Shown here: in pieces, positions 12,703-23,377 of the stretch
Layout of the letters: the number at the start of each line of letters is the position of its first letter
How positions within the stretch are numbered: position 1 is the stretch's first letter
Origin: Leptospiraceae bacterium
GTDB lineage: Bacteria; Spirochaetota; Leptospiria; Turneriellales; Turneriellaceae
NCBI GenBank assembly: GCA_025055765.1
Contig: JANWWS010000028.1
Location: 57,216 to 121,215, forward strand
Length of the DNA: 64,000 bases
Direction of reading: 5' to 3'
Position numbers and translations under genes: made by a program
Notes under the pieces: generated by a model
Told to the model about the DNA's origin: nothing
Database searches by the model: none
The model's input: the letters and a program-made list of their open reading frames with translations, nothing else

Positions 12703-13254
12703 TTAGCGGTAGTGAGCCGGCAGGGAGGCGATGTATGTTATTTTACTCGGGGGTTCGCTCACGAATTTTTTTAGCGCATACTCGACAGCCGCAAAGGCAA
12801 TCTTATCCCAGGGGATTTCGCTTGCGCCAAAGAAACGCACCTCGGAGCTCTCTGGCGTTGGGTGTACTCCTTCGGGATTAGCCACCTGGGCAAGGAAAAT
12901 AAGATACACCTGGTGTATTTGCGGCAGGGAATAGATAGTGTGGAGGTATTCAATTTTCACATGAGCCCCCGATTCTTCATGGCATTCTCTTATAGCGCCC
13001 TCTTCTGCCGATTCGCCGTTTTCCATGAAACCAGAAGGGATGGTCCAATAGCCAAAGCGGGGCTCGATGTTGCGCTTGCATAAGAGGATCTTATTGTCAT
13101 TTACGGCAAGGCAGCCCACCACGATTTTGGGGTTTTGATAATGTATTTTGCCACAATTAGTACAGACGAGCCGCTGGCGGTCATCACCAGGGGGGATCTG
13201 CATCTGCAGCTGGCCTGAGCCGCAACGGCTGCAATAACGGGGCATTTCTTCCAT
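12703..13254 (-). CDS. NUDIX hydrolase with N-terminal zinc ribbon
   Basis: CSRCG...CTNCG zinc ribbon followed by the Nudix box GFMENGESAEEGAIRECHEESG. Confidence 0.8.
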   Translation of the reverse strand: MEEMPRYCSRCGSGQLQMQIPPGDDRQRLVCTNCGKIHYQNPKIVVGCLAVNDNKILLCKRNIEPRFGYWTIPSGFMENGESAEEGAIRECHEESGAHVKIEYLHTIYSLPQIHQVYLIFLAQVANPEGVHPTPESSEVRFFGASEIPWDKIAFAAVEYALKKFVSEPPSKITYIASLPAHYR

Positions 13255-13359
13255 AGAAATCTTTAGGGAATCTCCTAAAACATAGGGAAAAATGGCTTTT
13301 TCAACAACTTTTTTGCCGAAGCAAGCTTGGCAGTTTGTTGCCTTCTTTTAAATTGACGC

Positions 13360-14850
13360 ATGCGGGTAATGTATGTGGCTGCCGAAGCAGTCCCCTATGC
13401 GAAGACAGGGGGTTTAGGGGATGTAGCGGGTAGTTTGCCACGAGCTCTTGCAGAAGAAGGGTTGGAAATTATCCTCGTGATGCCCCGGTATTATGTGGTG
13501 GATAGGGCCCGCTATGGGCTAAAAGCTCTGCCGCTTGTGCTCTCCGTCCCCATGGGCTCTTTGGGAGTGCTTTCCTGTGGGGTTTATGAAGGTACTCTCC
13601 CCAAAAGCGAGGTTAAGGTTTATTTTATTGAACATGAACACTTTTACGGTCGAGAATCGCTTTATTTAAATGAATGGGGGCAAGGTTATCTTGACAATGA
13701 TGTGCGTTATGTTTTTCTCTCACGTGCTGCTCTTGAACTCTGTAAAGCAATAGGCTTTGTACCAGATGTGGTTCATGCCAACGATTGGCATACGGGGGCT
13801 ATTCCTCTCTTTTTAAATACCCATTATTATCACGATCCGCATTTCCAGAATACGGCTTCTGTTTTTACTATCCACAACATGCAGTATCAAGGGAATTTCT
13901 ACCCAGGCCTTATAGAAATCCTAGGAGTAGGATGGCACCATTTCCATATGCATGACCTCATGCATGAGGAACAGGTGAATTTGCTGAAGGCAGGGCTCGT
14001 GCATGCCCATGCCTTAAATACGGTAAGTCGAGGTTATGCGCGGGAAATTATGCTGCCCCATTATGGTTATGGGCTTGATGGGGTGCTAAGAGAGCGTTTT
14101 CGGGATTTTTTTGGCATTTTAAATGGCATTGACCACGAGGAATGGAATCCAGAGAGAGATCCCTATCTACCGGCGACTTTTAGTGCACAGGATCTTTCTG
14201 GCAAAGCGGTTTGTAAGAGGTTTTTGCAAAAAAAAATGAATCTTCCGCAAAGAGATGTTCCCTTAATTGGTGTTATTGCCCGTCTTGTGGACCAGAAAGG
14301 GGTGGATGTAATTGCCGAAGCTCTTTTTCGCTTGCTTGATTTCGACATTCAAATGGTGCTACTAGGCACGGGCGAGAGTTGGGCTGAGACATTTTTTACG
14401 CAGGTTTCTTTAAGCCGCCCCCATCGCTTTCAGGCTAGGATTGGCTATAGCGAAGAGTTGGCCCATCAAATTGAGGCAGGATGTGATTTTTTTCTCATGC
14501 CAAGCCGCTTTGAACCTTGTGGTCTAAACCAACTTTATTCGCTGCGCTATGGTACCTTGCCTATTGTGAGAGGTACTGGTGGTTTAAAAGACACTGTAGA
14601 GAACTGCCAAGAGGAAAAGGGAACAGGTACGGGCTTTGTGTTTTATGACCTAACGGCAGATGCCTTAATAAATACCGTGGCCTGGGCATTGCGCATTTAC
14701 CGAGAAAAGCCAGAGCTATACCAAGCTATGCAAAAACGCGCCATGCAGCAAGATTACAGTTGGCGGCGCTCCGCAAAAAAGTATATTAAGCTATACCGAT
14801 ATGCTTTGCGCAAAAAGGGCGTTAAACTATCTCGTCAAGGCCGAAAATAA
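13360..14850 (+). CDS. glgA: glycogen synthase (ADP-glucose type)
   Basis: N-terminal EAVPYAKTGGLGDV motif, GT5/GT1 layout, and C-terminal PSRFEPCGLNQLY and TGGLKDTV. Confidence 0.92.
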   Translation: MRVMYVAAEAVPYAKTGGLGDVAGSLPRALAEEGLEIILVMPRYYVVDRARYGLKALPLVLSVPMGSLGVLSCGVYEGTLPKSEVKVYFIEHEHFYGRESLYLNEWGQGYLDNDVRYVFLSRAALELCKAIGFVPDVVHANDWHTGAIPLFLNTHYYHDPHFQNTASVFTIHNMQYQGNFYPGLIEILGVGWHHFHMHDLMHEEQVNLLKAGLVHAHALNTVSRGYAREIMLPHYGYGLDGVLRERFRDFFGILNGIDHEEWNPERDPYLPATFSAQDLSGKAVCKRFLQKKMNLPQRDVPLIGVIARLVDQKGVDVIAEALFRLLDFDIQMVLLGTGESWAETFFTQVSLSRPHRFQARIGYSEELAHQIEAGCDFFLMPSRFEPCGLNQLYSLRYGTLPIVRGTGGLKDTVENCQEEKGTGTGFVFYDLTADALINTVAWALRIYREKPELYQAMQKRAMQQDYSWRRSAKKYIKLYRYALRKKGVKLSRQGRK

Positions 14851-14856
14851 ATAGGC

Positions 14857-15819
14857 ATGAATTATGAACACAAAGAAAAGCAAATCCAGTCCCTCTACCG
14901 CGACCATGACTTAAATTCCCCCGAAGGACTTGAGGAATTCTTGAAAAAGTTTTTTGAGCTAGTAAGTGATGAGATTTATCAGTTTCCCATAAAAATCTAT
15001 AATTTTGATGAAGATGAAGCAGGGGATTTCTACCTCTATGCCTTTGAGCAGCTTAAAACTGGGCGAAAATTGCTGCAGTATGAGGGCAAATCGCGCTTTT
15101 TTACTTGGTTTTTTACCGTATTGCGTAATCTCACTATTGATTTTATGCGCACTCGCGGGGAAAGACCTCGGCATGTTTTTTTGTCCCATATCAGTAGAGA
15201 TCTTTATCTTGAAGATGAGTCCCAGGCAGAAGGTCATAGGGACATCGCCCAACGTGATGTATATCAGAAGTTTGAAAACACCCTGCAAGAGCTTAAACTT
15301 GAACAACGTGTAATCTTTAAGCTTATCTATGTTAATTTTTTTGAATTTTCTGTAGAAGAAGTGAACTATCTCTGCCAAGTGCGCCAGGAAGAGCCAGAAC
15401 AGGTTATGAGGGGGATCTTCCAGTTAAAAGAAGAAGGTTGGCGCCGCTACAGCCGATTGCGTCACCTTGAGGAAAAACTAACGGCAAATTTCCAGCAAAT
15501 ACGCCAACTCGAAGCAAAAATTGAGGCTTTTTTTCAAGATAACCCCCACATAAAGACCGATAAGGCTGCCTGGAATGAATATTATGTCCATCCGGATATT
15601 CCTGTTGATATACTTGAGCTCATACAGCAGCTCATGCGCCGTCGAAAAAGGCAGAGCCAACTGTTAAAAGAACAGCAAAAAAAGCTATTTGCGACAAAAT
15701 TACCTATAAAGAAAATAGCTCATTTTTTAGGTGTGGATGCTTCACCCCTGGCTGTCCAACTAGGTCGCATTCAAGATAAACTTGCCCAAATTCTCAATCC
15801 CCACCTAAAGAAAGACTAA
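14857..15819 (+). CDS. sigma-70 family (ECF-like) sigma factor, atypically long
   Basis: Region-2-like FFTWFFTVLRNLTIDFMRTR. Region-4-like segments at LQELKLEQRVIFKLIY... and at the extreme C-terminus (LPIKKIAHFLGVDASPLAVQLGRIQDKL). Confidence 0.5.
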   Translation: MNYEHKEKQIQSLYRDHDLNSPEGLEEFLKKFFELVSDEIYQFPIKIYNFDEDEAGDFYLYAFEQLKTGRKLLQYEGKSRFFTWFFTVLRNLTIDFMRTRGERPRHVFLSHISRDLYLEDESQAEGHRDIAQRDVYQKFENTLQELKLEQRVIFKLIYVNFFEFSVEEVNYLCQVRQEEPEQVMRGIFQLKEEGWRRYSRLRHLEEKLTANFQQIRQLEAKIEAFFQDNPHIKTDKAAWNEYYVHPDIPVDILELIQQLMRRRKRQSQLLKEQQKKLFATKLPIKKIAHFLGVDASPLAVQLGRIQDKLAQILNPHLKKD

Positions 15820-15925
15820 CGAACGTTTAGTAAGATACAATTTTCAAAGATTATGGGAAAAAGGCATAAATTAAAATTAAAAAAATTGTTGTAATTTTAG
15901 CTCTTGGAGCGTCTTAAAAAACGAG

Positions 15926-16765
15926 GTGAATATGAAAGAACCATGTCATTATCCTTTATTTGAGCAGCTTATTGGGAACTCGCAGAAAGATGAGGTTATA
16001 GCGCATACCCAGAGCTGTCGAACCTGCCAGGAAAGACTTATTTTGTGGGAACTCCTTTTGCCCTATCTTGCCCGCGAGCAAGATTGGCAAAGCATAAGCC
16101 AGCTTGAGGGAGAGGAACTTGATGAGATTTTTGGCCTTGTCGATGCTTATCAGAAAAAGTCTTTCTCTGCATTGGAGGAGAAAAAAGAATTGTTTAGAAA
16201 AATTATGGCACAGGAGAGGGCATTTCTCCTTTTCCAAAAACTTGTAGGAATGTACCAGGCCATAGAGCAAAGGAGAATAAATAGGCTACCTCTAGCTTTA
16301 AAGAAGCACGTGTTGCGTTCTCTAGAGACGCAGGATGAAGTCAATACGGGCCGTATTTTCCTTGTTTTGGGAGAAAAATTAAGACTCATGGGGAGTATGG
16401 ATCTTGGGCTGAAAATCCATCCTGTCCATGCTATAGCTCTGCGCTCCCTGCCTTACTTAGCAAAACCTGAGGAGCCACATCTGTCGTTTTCCATGCCTTA
16501 CGGGAAGGGGCTCATGGGTGAGCTATTCTATCAGGTGGTGAAGGACGGCAACGAGAGTTTGCTCTTAACGGTGGGAATACATCACTGTGAGCCACAACCC
16601 CGCATTGTCAACCTAAAGCGAGACGGTCGTCTTTTGCACTCCTACCCTGTCAGAGAAAAGTGGCTTTATTTTCCACATTTAACCGTGGGTCATTATGAGC
16701 TTGAATTTAAGGATAGCGAGGGGCGACTTCAGAATAAGGTAGACCTAGAGCTCGTGCGCATGTAG
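15926..16765 (+). CDS. putative anti-sigma factor (zf-HC2-like N-terminus)
   Basis: N-terminal H-x3-C-x2-C (HTQSCRTCQERL), as in zf-HC2 anti-sigma factors. Lies immediately downstream of the sigma gene. The rest is unknown. Confidence 0.35.
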   Translation: MNMKEPCHYPLFEQLIGNSQKDEVIAHTQSCRTCQERLILWELLLPYLAREQDWQSISQLEGEELDEIFGLVDAYQKKSFSALEEKKELFRKIMAQERAFLLFQKLVGMYQAIEQRRINRLPLALKKHVLRSLETQDEVNTGRIFLVLGEKLRLMGSMDLGLKIHPVHAIALRSLPYLAKPEEPHLSFSMPYGKGLMGELFYQVVKDGNESLLLTVGIHHCEPQPRIVNLKRDGRLLHSYPVREKWLYFPHLTVGHYELEFKDSEGRLQNKVDLELVRM

Positions 16766-16775
16766 CTCTTTTTTT
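16747..16775 (+). terminator. weak candidate intrinsic terminator after the anti-sigma-like gene
   Basis: AGAGCT (16747-16752) / AGCTCT (16764-16769) 6-bp stem with an 11-nt loop, followed by a run of six T (16770-16775). It overlaps the stop codon. Confidence 0.3.
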
Positions 16776-16923
16776 GCGTCCCCAAGCCTAGAGCTCTGGC
16801 ATATTCATCGAAAATCCCTGAAGATGAGGGCAAGTTGGCTGTAAAAGCCAACTGTTGCTTGACACACTGTGCATGCTTTGAAGCAAGCTAAAAAAAGAAC
16901 GGTGTCGTTTTTTTTTATAATTT

Positions 16924-19900
16924 GTGCTTATGGACAAGGATAAAAAGACAGTATGCGCCAAAGAGTTCTTGGGAACGGGTCTATATCATCCTTCTCTAGA
17001 ACATGATGCCTGTGGTGTTGGCTTTGTTGTCGACATTAAGGGAAGAAAATCACGCGATATTATTGATAAGGCCCTTGAGGTCTTGGTAAATCTAGAACAC
17101 CGGGGTGCCGTGGGAGCCGATCCCGAGACAGGGGATGGTGCGGGTATTTTAATCCAGATGCCCGATGAATTTTTCCGTAAAGTCAGCATTGACTGTGGGA
17201 TTAAGTTACCTGAGCCAGGCCGCTATGCTGTGGGGTTTCATTTTTTGCCGCAAGATAGTGTGGTACGTAAAAGTGTGGAGAATATCATTGAAAAAATTGT
17301 CTTAGATGAGGGACAGGAATTCCTGGGGTGGAGGGATGTTCCTGTCGACCCCCAGGTGCCGGGGCGAGGAGCGCGGGCTACCATGCCCTACATGAAGCAA
17401 AGCTTTATTGCGGCCTCACCCGAGATGAAGACCCAGGAAGATTTTGAGAGAAAGCTCTTTCTCATCCGACGGGTTATTGACCATCGCATTCGGGCTGAAT
17501 TAAAGTTAGATCGCAGGGAATATTATGTCCCATCTTTTTCTAGTCGGATAATAATATACAAGGGAATGCTTTTGGCAAAGCAGTTACCCGCCTTCTATGC
17601 AGACCTTCGTGACCAGGACATGAAGTCAGCCCTGGCGATGATCCATATGCGTTTTTCTACCAACACCTTTCCCACATGGGATCTGGCGCATCCCTTTCGG
17701 ATGATTGCCCATAATGGAGAAATCAATACCTTGCGGGGAAATGTAAACTGGATGAAAACCCGCGAAGCCGTCATGGAGTCTCCTTACTATGGCAAGGATC
17801 TCAAGCGCATGCTACCTATAATTATGGAGGGACAAAGTGATTCGGCGACTTTTGACTCGGTCCTAGAGCTTCTTGTGATGTGTGGTCGCTCCCTCCCGCA
17901 TGCCATCATGATGATGATCCCAGAGGCCTGGTCAAAAAACCCCCTCATGGACGAGGACCGCCGGGGGTTTTATGAATTCCATGCAACCATGATGGAACCC
18001 TGGGATGGTCCTGCTGCTGTAGCCTTTACCGATGGTAACCTCATTGGGGCGACCCTGGACCGTAATGGGCTTAGGCCAGCTCGTTATGTAATTACCAAAG
18101 ATCATCTGTGCGTCATGGCATCGGAAATGGGGGTTTTGGATATACCGCCCGAGCAAATAGAGGTGAGCGGTAAGCTTGAGCCAGGGAAGATGTTCCTCAT
18201 TGACCTTAGCCAGCAAAGAGTTATTGATGATGAAGAAATAAAAAGGCAAATCACCACCCAACGCCCCTATCGGCAATGGGTTCAGGAAAACATGGTTCAC
18301 TTAGAAGACTTGCCGGAGCCTAAATTTGTTCATGAAGTTAACCATGACACTGTTTTTGAGCGTCAGCGTATCTTTGGCTATACTACGGAGGATTTGCAAA
18401 TTGTCATGCGTCCCATGGCACTTACCGGAGAAGAAGCCGTGGGCTCCATGGGTACCGATGCCTCTTTAGCGATCCTTTCTCGAAAACCCCAGCTCCTTTT
18501 CCGCTATTTTAAACAACTCTTTGCTCAAGTTACCAACCCTCCTATTGATGCTATTCGAGAAGAGCTTGTCATGGAACTTACCACCTACATTGGGCCCGAG
18601 CAAAATCTTTTAGATGAAAGTCCCCTCCATGCGAGGCGCATTGAATTGCCCCATCCGATCCTAAAAAACAAGGATCTCGAGAAAATACGCAACATTAATT
18701 ATCACGGCTTCAAGGCCAAGACTTTTTCCATTCTTTTTGATCCCAGTGATAAGCATAACATGCGCATTCGTCTTGAGGAATTGCGTAATCAGGTAGCTGA
18801 CGCCGTAAGATCAGGAATAAATCTCGTGATCTTGTCTGATAGAGGCGCCGATCAAAAAAATTGCCCCATCCCAAGCTTGCTTGCGGTCTCAGGGATACAT
18901 CATTTTCTTATTCGCTGTGGTTTGCGTACGAAAACAGGGCTCATTATTGAAAGTGGGGAACCAAGAGAAGTTCACCATTTTGCTCTTCTTTTAGGTTATG
19001 GAGCCAATGCAATCAATCCCTACCTAGCCTACGAGACTCTAGCTGATATGCACCGGCAGGGCTTTTTGGGTGATAACATTGATTTAGAAACTGTTGAAAA
19101 AAACTACCTTAAGGCCATTTCAAAGGGTTTATTTAAAATTTTCTCCAAAATGGGTATAAGCACGCTGCAGTCCTACTGTGGGGCGCAAATCTTCGAGGTG
19201 GTGGGACTTGACAGTGAAATTGTGGATAACTACTTTACCGGGACCCATACACGCATTGAAGGTATTAGTTTAGAGATGTTGGCTGAGGAGACGGTTGAGC
19301 GTCATCGCCTTGCCTATACCGAGCGAAACCATTTGCGACCGGGAGGTCTTTACCACTATCGGGTTGGGGGCGAGGCTCATCTTTGGAATCCTCTTTCGAT
19401 AGCTAAGCTGCAAATTAGTACTCGCAATGCCGATTACCAGACCTTCAAGGAGTACACCCGCCTTATTGATGACCAAAGCAAAGAACGCGTCACCTTACGC
19501 TCTCTTTTTGAGTTAAATTTCTTGGAAAGACCTATACCTCTTGAGGAGGTGGAACCAGCCAAGGAAATTGTAAAGCGGTTTGCGACAGGGGCTATGAGTT
19601 TTGGATCTATTAGTTGGGAAGCCCACACCTCGCTTGCTATAGCCATGAACCGAATAGGAGGTAAGTCCAACACAGGGGAGGGAGGAGAGTCATCGGATCG
19701 TTATATCCCGCTTCCCAACGGAGATAGCCTGCGTTCTGCTATTAAGCAGGTTGCTTCAGGACGCTTTGGCGTTACTGCTACCTATCTTGTCAATGCAGAT
19801 GAACTTCAAATTAAAATAGCTCAGGGGGCCAAACCAGGGGAAGGGGGGCAGCTGCCGGGTTATAAAGTAGACAAGATTATTGCAAAGGTGCGGCATTCCA

Positions 19901-21474
19901 CACCAGGGGTGACTTTAATAAGTCCGCCGCCTCACCATGACATATATTCTATAGAAGACTTAAAACAACTTATCTTTGATTTAAAGAATATCAATCCCCA
20001 GGCTCGTATAAGTGTTAAGCTTGTCTCAGAAGTAGGTGTTGGAACAGTGGCGGCGGGGGTGGCGAAAGCCCATGCGGACCATATTCTCATAAGCGGCCAC
20101 GATGGGGGTACAGGTGCCTCCCCGATAAGTTCTATCCAGTATGCGGGTACCCCCTGGGAGCTAGGCTTATCAGAAACCCACCAGACCCTCGTGCTAAATG
20201 GCTTGAGAGACAGGGTCTATCTGCAAGTAGACGGGCAAATGAAAACAGGTAGAGATGTGGTTATTGGCGCGCTCTTGGGAGCGGAGGAGTTTGGCTTTTC
20301 TACGGCTCCTCTTGTGACACTTGGTTGCATTATGATGCGCAAATGTCACCTAAACACTTGCCCTGTAGGAGTGGCAACTCAAGATCCTGAGCTGCGAAAA
20401 AAATTTTCGGGTAAGCCAGAATATGTGGTGAACTTTATGTTCTTTATTGCGGAAGAGGTGAGAGAGTACATGGCCAAACTTGGCTTTAGGCGTTTTGAAG
20501 AAATGATTGGCCAGGTAGACCGCATAACGCCCATCAAACCTAAAGACCACAAGAAAGCACGCTCCGTAGTCTTAGATAAAATCTTAGTCAAGCCTACCCC
20601 CCTTTACGATACAGGTCTCTACCGTCAAAGGGAGCAAGACCATGGTCTTGAGAAACAGCTCGATTTAAAACTAATAGAGCTGTCTCGCCCAGCACTTGAG
20701 CGCAAAGAAAGCGTACTTATTCGGATGGGGATTAAAAATACGGATCGCAGTGTCGGGGCCATGCTCTCAGGTGAAATAGCCAAACGCTATGGCGATGAAG
20801 GACTTCCGGAAGGAACGATCCGCATTGAATTAACTGGTGTAGCAGGGCAAAGTTTTGGGGTCTTTTTAGCCAAAGGCATTGATTTACGCCTAACAGGCTG
20901 GGCAAATGACTACGTGGGCAAAGGCCTATCAGGTGGCCGGCTCGTGATACGCCTGCCCGAGTCCGTGACTTTTGATCCCACAAAGAATATCATTATTGGT
21001 AATACCTGTCTTTATGGAGCAACCTCTGGCGAAGCTTATTTTCAAGGTGTTGCGGGAGAGCGCTTTGCCGTGCGCAATAGCGGTGCTCATGCTGTGGTAG
21101 AGGGAGTAGGTGATCATGGCTGCGAGTATATGACGGGTGGCCGAGTGGTTGTTTTGGGGAAAACGGGACGAAATTTTGCTGCAGGTATGTCAGGGGGGAT
21201 TGCCTATGTATGGGACCCGGAAAAGAAATTCCCGCCCATGGTGAATATGGAAATGGTTGATCTCGAGGAATTGCACAGCACACAGGAGATATTTGAACTT
21301 CAAGAGATGATCCGCCGCCATTATGAATACACCAACTCTCAGCGTGCTCTTTATATTTTAGAAAACTGGAGAACCGAGCTAAAGAATTTTGTAAAAGTCA
21401 TTCCAGGTGAGTACAAACAAGCTTTAGCTAAATTAGCCGAGGAAGCCGCCGCACAGCTCGCTACGGCAAGTTAG
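16924..21474 (+). CDS. gltB: glutamate synthase large subunit
   Basis: 1516 aa. Has the Ntn amidotransferase CGVGF N-terminus, an FMN/Fe-S central domain and a GXGXG C-terminal domain. The track start is GTG at 16924; an ATG two codons later (16930) is equally plausible. Confidence 0.97.
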   Translation: MLMDKDKKTVCAKEFLGTGLYHPSLEHDACGVGFVVDIKGRKSRDIIDKALEVLVNLEHRGAVGADPETGDGAGILIQMPDEFFRKVSIDCGIKLPEPGRYAVGFHFLPQDSVVRKSVENIIEKIVLDEGQEFLGWRDVPVDPQVPGRGARATMPYMKQSFIAASPEMKTQEDFERKLFLIRRVIDHRIRAELKLDRREYYVPSFSSRIIIYKGMLLAKQLPAFYADLRDQDMKSALAMIHMRFSTNTFPTWDLAHPFRMIAHNGEINTLRGNVNWMKTREAVMESPYYGKDLKRMLPIIMEGQSDSATFDSVLELLVMCGRSLPHAIMMMIPEAWSKNPLMDEDRRGFYEFHATMMEPWDGPAAVAFTDGNLIGATLDRNGLRPARYVITKDHLCVMASEMGVLDIPPEQIEVSGKLEPGKMFLIDLSQQRVIDDEEIKRQITTQRPYRQWVQENMVHLEDLPEPKFVHEVNHDTVFERQRIFGYTTEDLQIVMRPMALTGEEAVGSMGTDASLAILSRKPQLLFRYFKQLFAQVTNPPIDAIREELVMELTTYIGPEQNLLDESPLHARRIELPHPILKNKDLEKIRNINYHGFKAKTFSILFDPSDKHNMRIRLEELRNQVADAVRSGINLVILSDRGADQKNCPIPSLLAVSGIHHFLIRCGLRTKTGLIIESGEPREVHHFALLLGYGANAINPYLAYETLADMHRQGFLGDNIDLETVEKNYLKAISKGLFKIFSKMGISTLQSYCGAQIFEVVGLDSEIVDNYFTGTHTRIEGISLEMLAEETVERHRLAYTERNHLRPGGLYHYRVGGEAHLWNPLSIAKLQISTRNADYQTFKEYTRLIDDQSKERVTLRSLFELNFLERPIPLEEVEPAKEIVKRFATGAMSFGSISWEAHTSLAIAMNRIGGKSNTGEGGESSDRYIPLPNGDSLRSAIKQVASGRFGVTATYLVNADELQIKIAQGAKPGEGGQLPGYKVDKIIAKVRHSTPGVTLISPPPHHDIYSIEDLKQLIFDLKNINPQARISVKLVSEVGVGTVAAGVAKAHADHILISGHDGGTGASPISSIQYAGTPWELGLSETHQTLVLNGLRDRVYLQVDGQMKTGRDVVIGALLGAEEFGFSTAPLVTLGCIMMRKCHLNTCPVGVATQDPELRKKFSGKPEYVVNFMFFIAEEVREYMAKLGFRRFEEMIGQVDRITPIKPKDHKKARSVVLDKILVKPTPLYDTGLYRQREQDHGLEKQLDLKLIELSRPALERKESVLIRMGIKNTDRSVGAMLSGEIAKRYGDEGLPEGTIRIELTGVAGQSFGVFLAKGIDLRLTGWANDYVGKGLSGGRLVIRLPESVTFDPTKNIIIGNTCLYGATSGEAYFQGVAGERFAVRNSGAHAVVEGVGDHGCEYMTGGRVVVLGKTGRNFAAGMSGGIAYVWDPEKKFPPMVNMEMVDLEELHSTQEIFELQEMIRRHYEYTNSQRALYILENWRTELKNFVKVIPGEYKQALAKLAEEAAAQLATAS

Positions 21475-21479
21475 GAAAA

Positions 21480-22928
21480 ATGGGCAAGCCAACAGGTTTT
21501 AAGGAATTCAAACGGGAGAATTTAGCCGTACAATCTGTTGAAGAGAGGATACGTCATTACCGCGAGTTTGAGTACACCTATTCCGACGAGGTAGCAAAAA
21601 TTCAGGCAGCGCGGTGCATGGACTGTGGTATCCCTTTCTGTCATGGGGATACTGGTTGCCCGGTAGATAATCTTATCCCTGAGTTTAATGATCTCGTATG
21701 GAGGGGGCATTTACGAGAGGCTTTAGAAAATCTGCATTCGACAAATAATTTTCCAGAATTTACTGGCAGACTATGCCCAGCTCCTTGTGAAAGTGCCTGT
21801 GTTCTTGGTATAAATGAGCCCCCTGTTTCCATAAAGGGAGTAGAGCGCTATATAATTGATAAAGGTTTTGAGATGGGGTGGGTGCGTCCTCGTCCCCCCA
21901 GGGAGTTATCCGGAAAAACAGTGGCCATTGTAGGCTCAGGACCTGCGGGATTGGCCTGCGCCCAGCAGCTAGCTCGGCTTGGGCACAAAGTTACGGTTTA
22001 CGAAAAAAATGACCGCATTGGCGGACTTTTGCGCTATGGCATACCGGATTTCAAATTAGAAAAGTGGATTATCGACCGACGCTTAGAACAAATGAAGGCA
22101 GAAGGAGTGGTTTTTCATGTAGGGGTGCATGTGGGGAAAACTGTATCCGTTGAAGAACTTTTAGCGAAATTCGATGCTATTGTTCTGGCAGGGGGTGCGG
22201 AAGAACCCAGAGATCTACCCATACCTGGGAGAAATCTTAAGAATATCCACTTTGCTATGGAGTTTTTAGTCCGCACAAATAAAAAAGTGGCGGGAGATCC
22301 TGTTCCCGACTTTATCTCAGCTAAGGATAAACATGTGGTTGTCATTGGTGGGGGAGACACCGGTTCAGACTGTGTGGGTACCGCCAACCGCCATGGGGCA
22401 AAATCCGTTACCCAATTAGAGATATTTCCCATGCCCCCTAAGGAAAGATCTCCCCTAACGCCATGGCCATTCTGGCCTATGAAACTAAGAACCTCGACTA
22501 GTCACGAAGAGGGTTGCGAACGTATGTGGTCTGTTAATACTATTGCCTTTAAGGATAATGGCAAGGGAGAGGTCGGTGCCTTACAATGTGTGAGGGTAGA
22601 ACTCCAAGATGGTCGGTTTGTAAATATACCCGGCAGTGAGTTTGAAATTAAAGCAGATTTGGTGCTTTTGGCTATGGGTTTCTTACATCCTACGAAAGAA
22701 GGTTTGTTAACTCAGCTCGCTGAGATGGGTCTTGAGTTTGATGCACGCGGAAATGTGAAGGCGCAATACGGGGATGAACCTCATTGTCACCGCACTAATC
22801 TTGAAAAAATCTTTGTAGCTGGTGACATGCGTCGGGGACAATCTCTCATTGTGTGGGCCATTGCAGAGGGTCGCAAAGCTGCTCAGTCGGTGCATCATTA
22901 CCTTAGTCAAAAAGTAAAAACATGGTGA
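21480..22928 (+). CDS. gltD: glutamate synthase small subunit (NADPH)
   Basis: Fe-S cysteine clusters (CMDCGIPFC, CPAPCESAC) and the GSGPAGLACA dinucleotide-binding motif. Confidence 0.95.
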   Translation: MGKPTGFKEFKRENLAVQSVEERIRHYREFEYTYSDEVAKIQAARCMDCGIPFCHGDTGCPVDNLIPEFNDLVWRGHLREALENLHSTNNFPEFTGRLCPAPCESACVLGINEPPVSIKGVERYIIDKGFEMGWVRPRPPRELSGKTVAIVGSGPAGLACAQQLARLGHKVTVYEKNDRIGGLLRYGIPDFKLEKWIIDRRLEQMKAEGVVFHVGVHVGKTVSVEELLAKFDAIVLAGGAEEPRDLPIPGRNLKNIHFAMEFLVRTNKKVAGDPVPDFISAKDKHVVVIGGGDTGSDCVGTANRHGAKSVTQLEIFPMPPKERSPLTPWPFWPMKLRTSTSHEEGCERMWSVNTIAFKDNGKGEVGALQCVRVELQDGRFVNIPGSEFEIKADLVLLAMGFLHPTKEGLLTQLAEMGLEFDARGNVKAQYGDEPHCHRTNLEKIFVAGDMRRGQSLIVWAIAEGRKAAQSVHHYLSQKVKTW

Positions 22929-23377
22929 AGGAAATAACCCAAAACTGGGAAGTTGCACCCATCTACGAGAAAGAAATTCCCTCAACTCGTAAGGCAAGAG
23001 ATGAGGTTTTAGATCTCTTATTAAAAAAAATTCACCAGCTTGCGGGCAAGGTGGCTTTGGATAAATTTGAACTGAGGCTTGTCTTAGATGAGGCGCTTAC
23101 AAATGCCCTAGAACATGGAAATATGTGGGATGAGCGTAAATTTGTACGCATTCGCCTGTACCCACCTATGGATGGGTTCGTACAGGTAAGTATTAAAGAT
23201 GAGGGCTTCGGATTTAATCATGAGATATTACGCGAGCAGGGAAGTCTTGAACCCAATAATAGACCCAGCTACCGCGGGAGGGGTATCTTTATCATCAGAC
23301 AATTTTGTAAAGTTTGCTGGAATTCCATAGGTAACGAAATTATCTTAAGCATTCCTTTAGCAAGAAAGGAAGGGTAA
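22922..23377 (+). CDS. anti-sigma-factor serine kinase (RsbW/SpoIIAB-like HATPase)
   Basis: N-box LDEALTNALEHGN, G1 KDEGFGF and G2 GRGIFII. The ATG overlaps the gltD TGA (ATGGTGA). Confidence 0.7.
   Translation: MVKEITQNWEVAPIYEKEIPSTRKARDEVLDLLLKKIHQLAGKVALDKFELRLVLDEALTNALEHGNMWDERKFVRIRLYPPMDGFVQVSIKDEGFGFNHEILREQGSLEPNNRPSYRGRGIFIIRQFCKVCWNSIGNEIILSIPLARKEG

Noticed and set aside
14959-15378. 139-aa minus-strand and 102-aa plus-strand alternative ORFs over the sigma-factor gene
   Set aside because: The sigma frame carries recognisable region-2 motifs, whereas the alternatives are low-complexity Ile/Lys/Phe-rich shadows in an AT-rich stretch.
16986-21283. Many 60-122-aa antisense ORFs inside gltB (for example 17932-18300, 20993-21283)
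   Set aside because: They lie inside a confidently identified 1516-aa gene. They have no motifs and are typical shadow ORFs.
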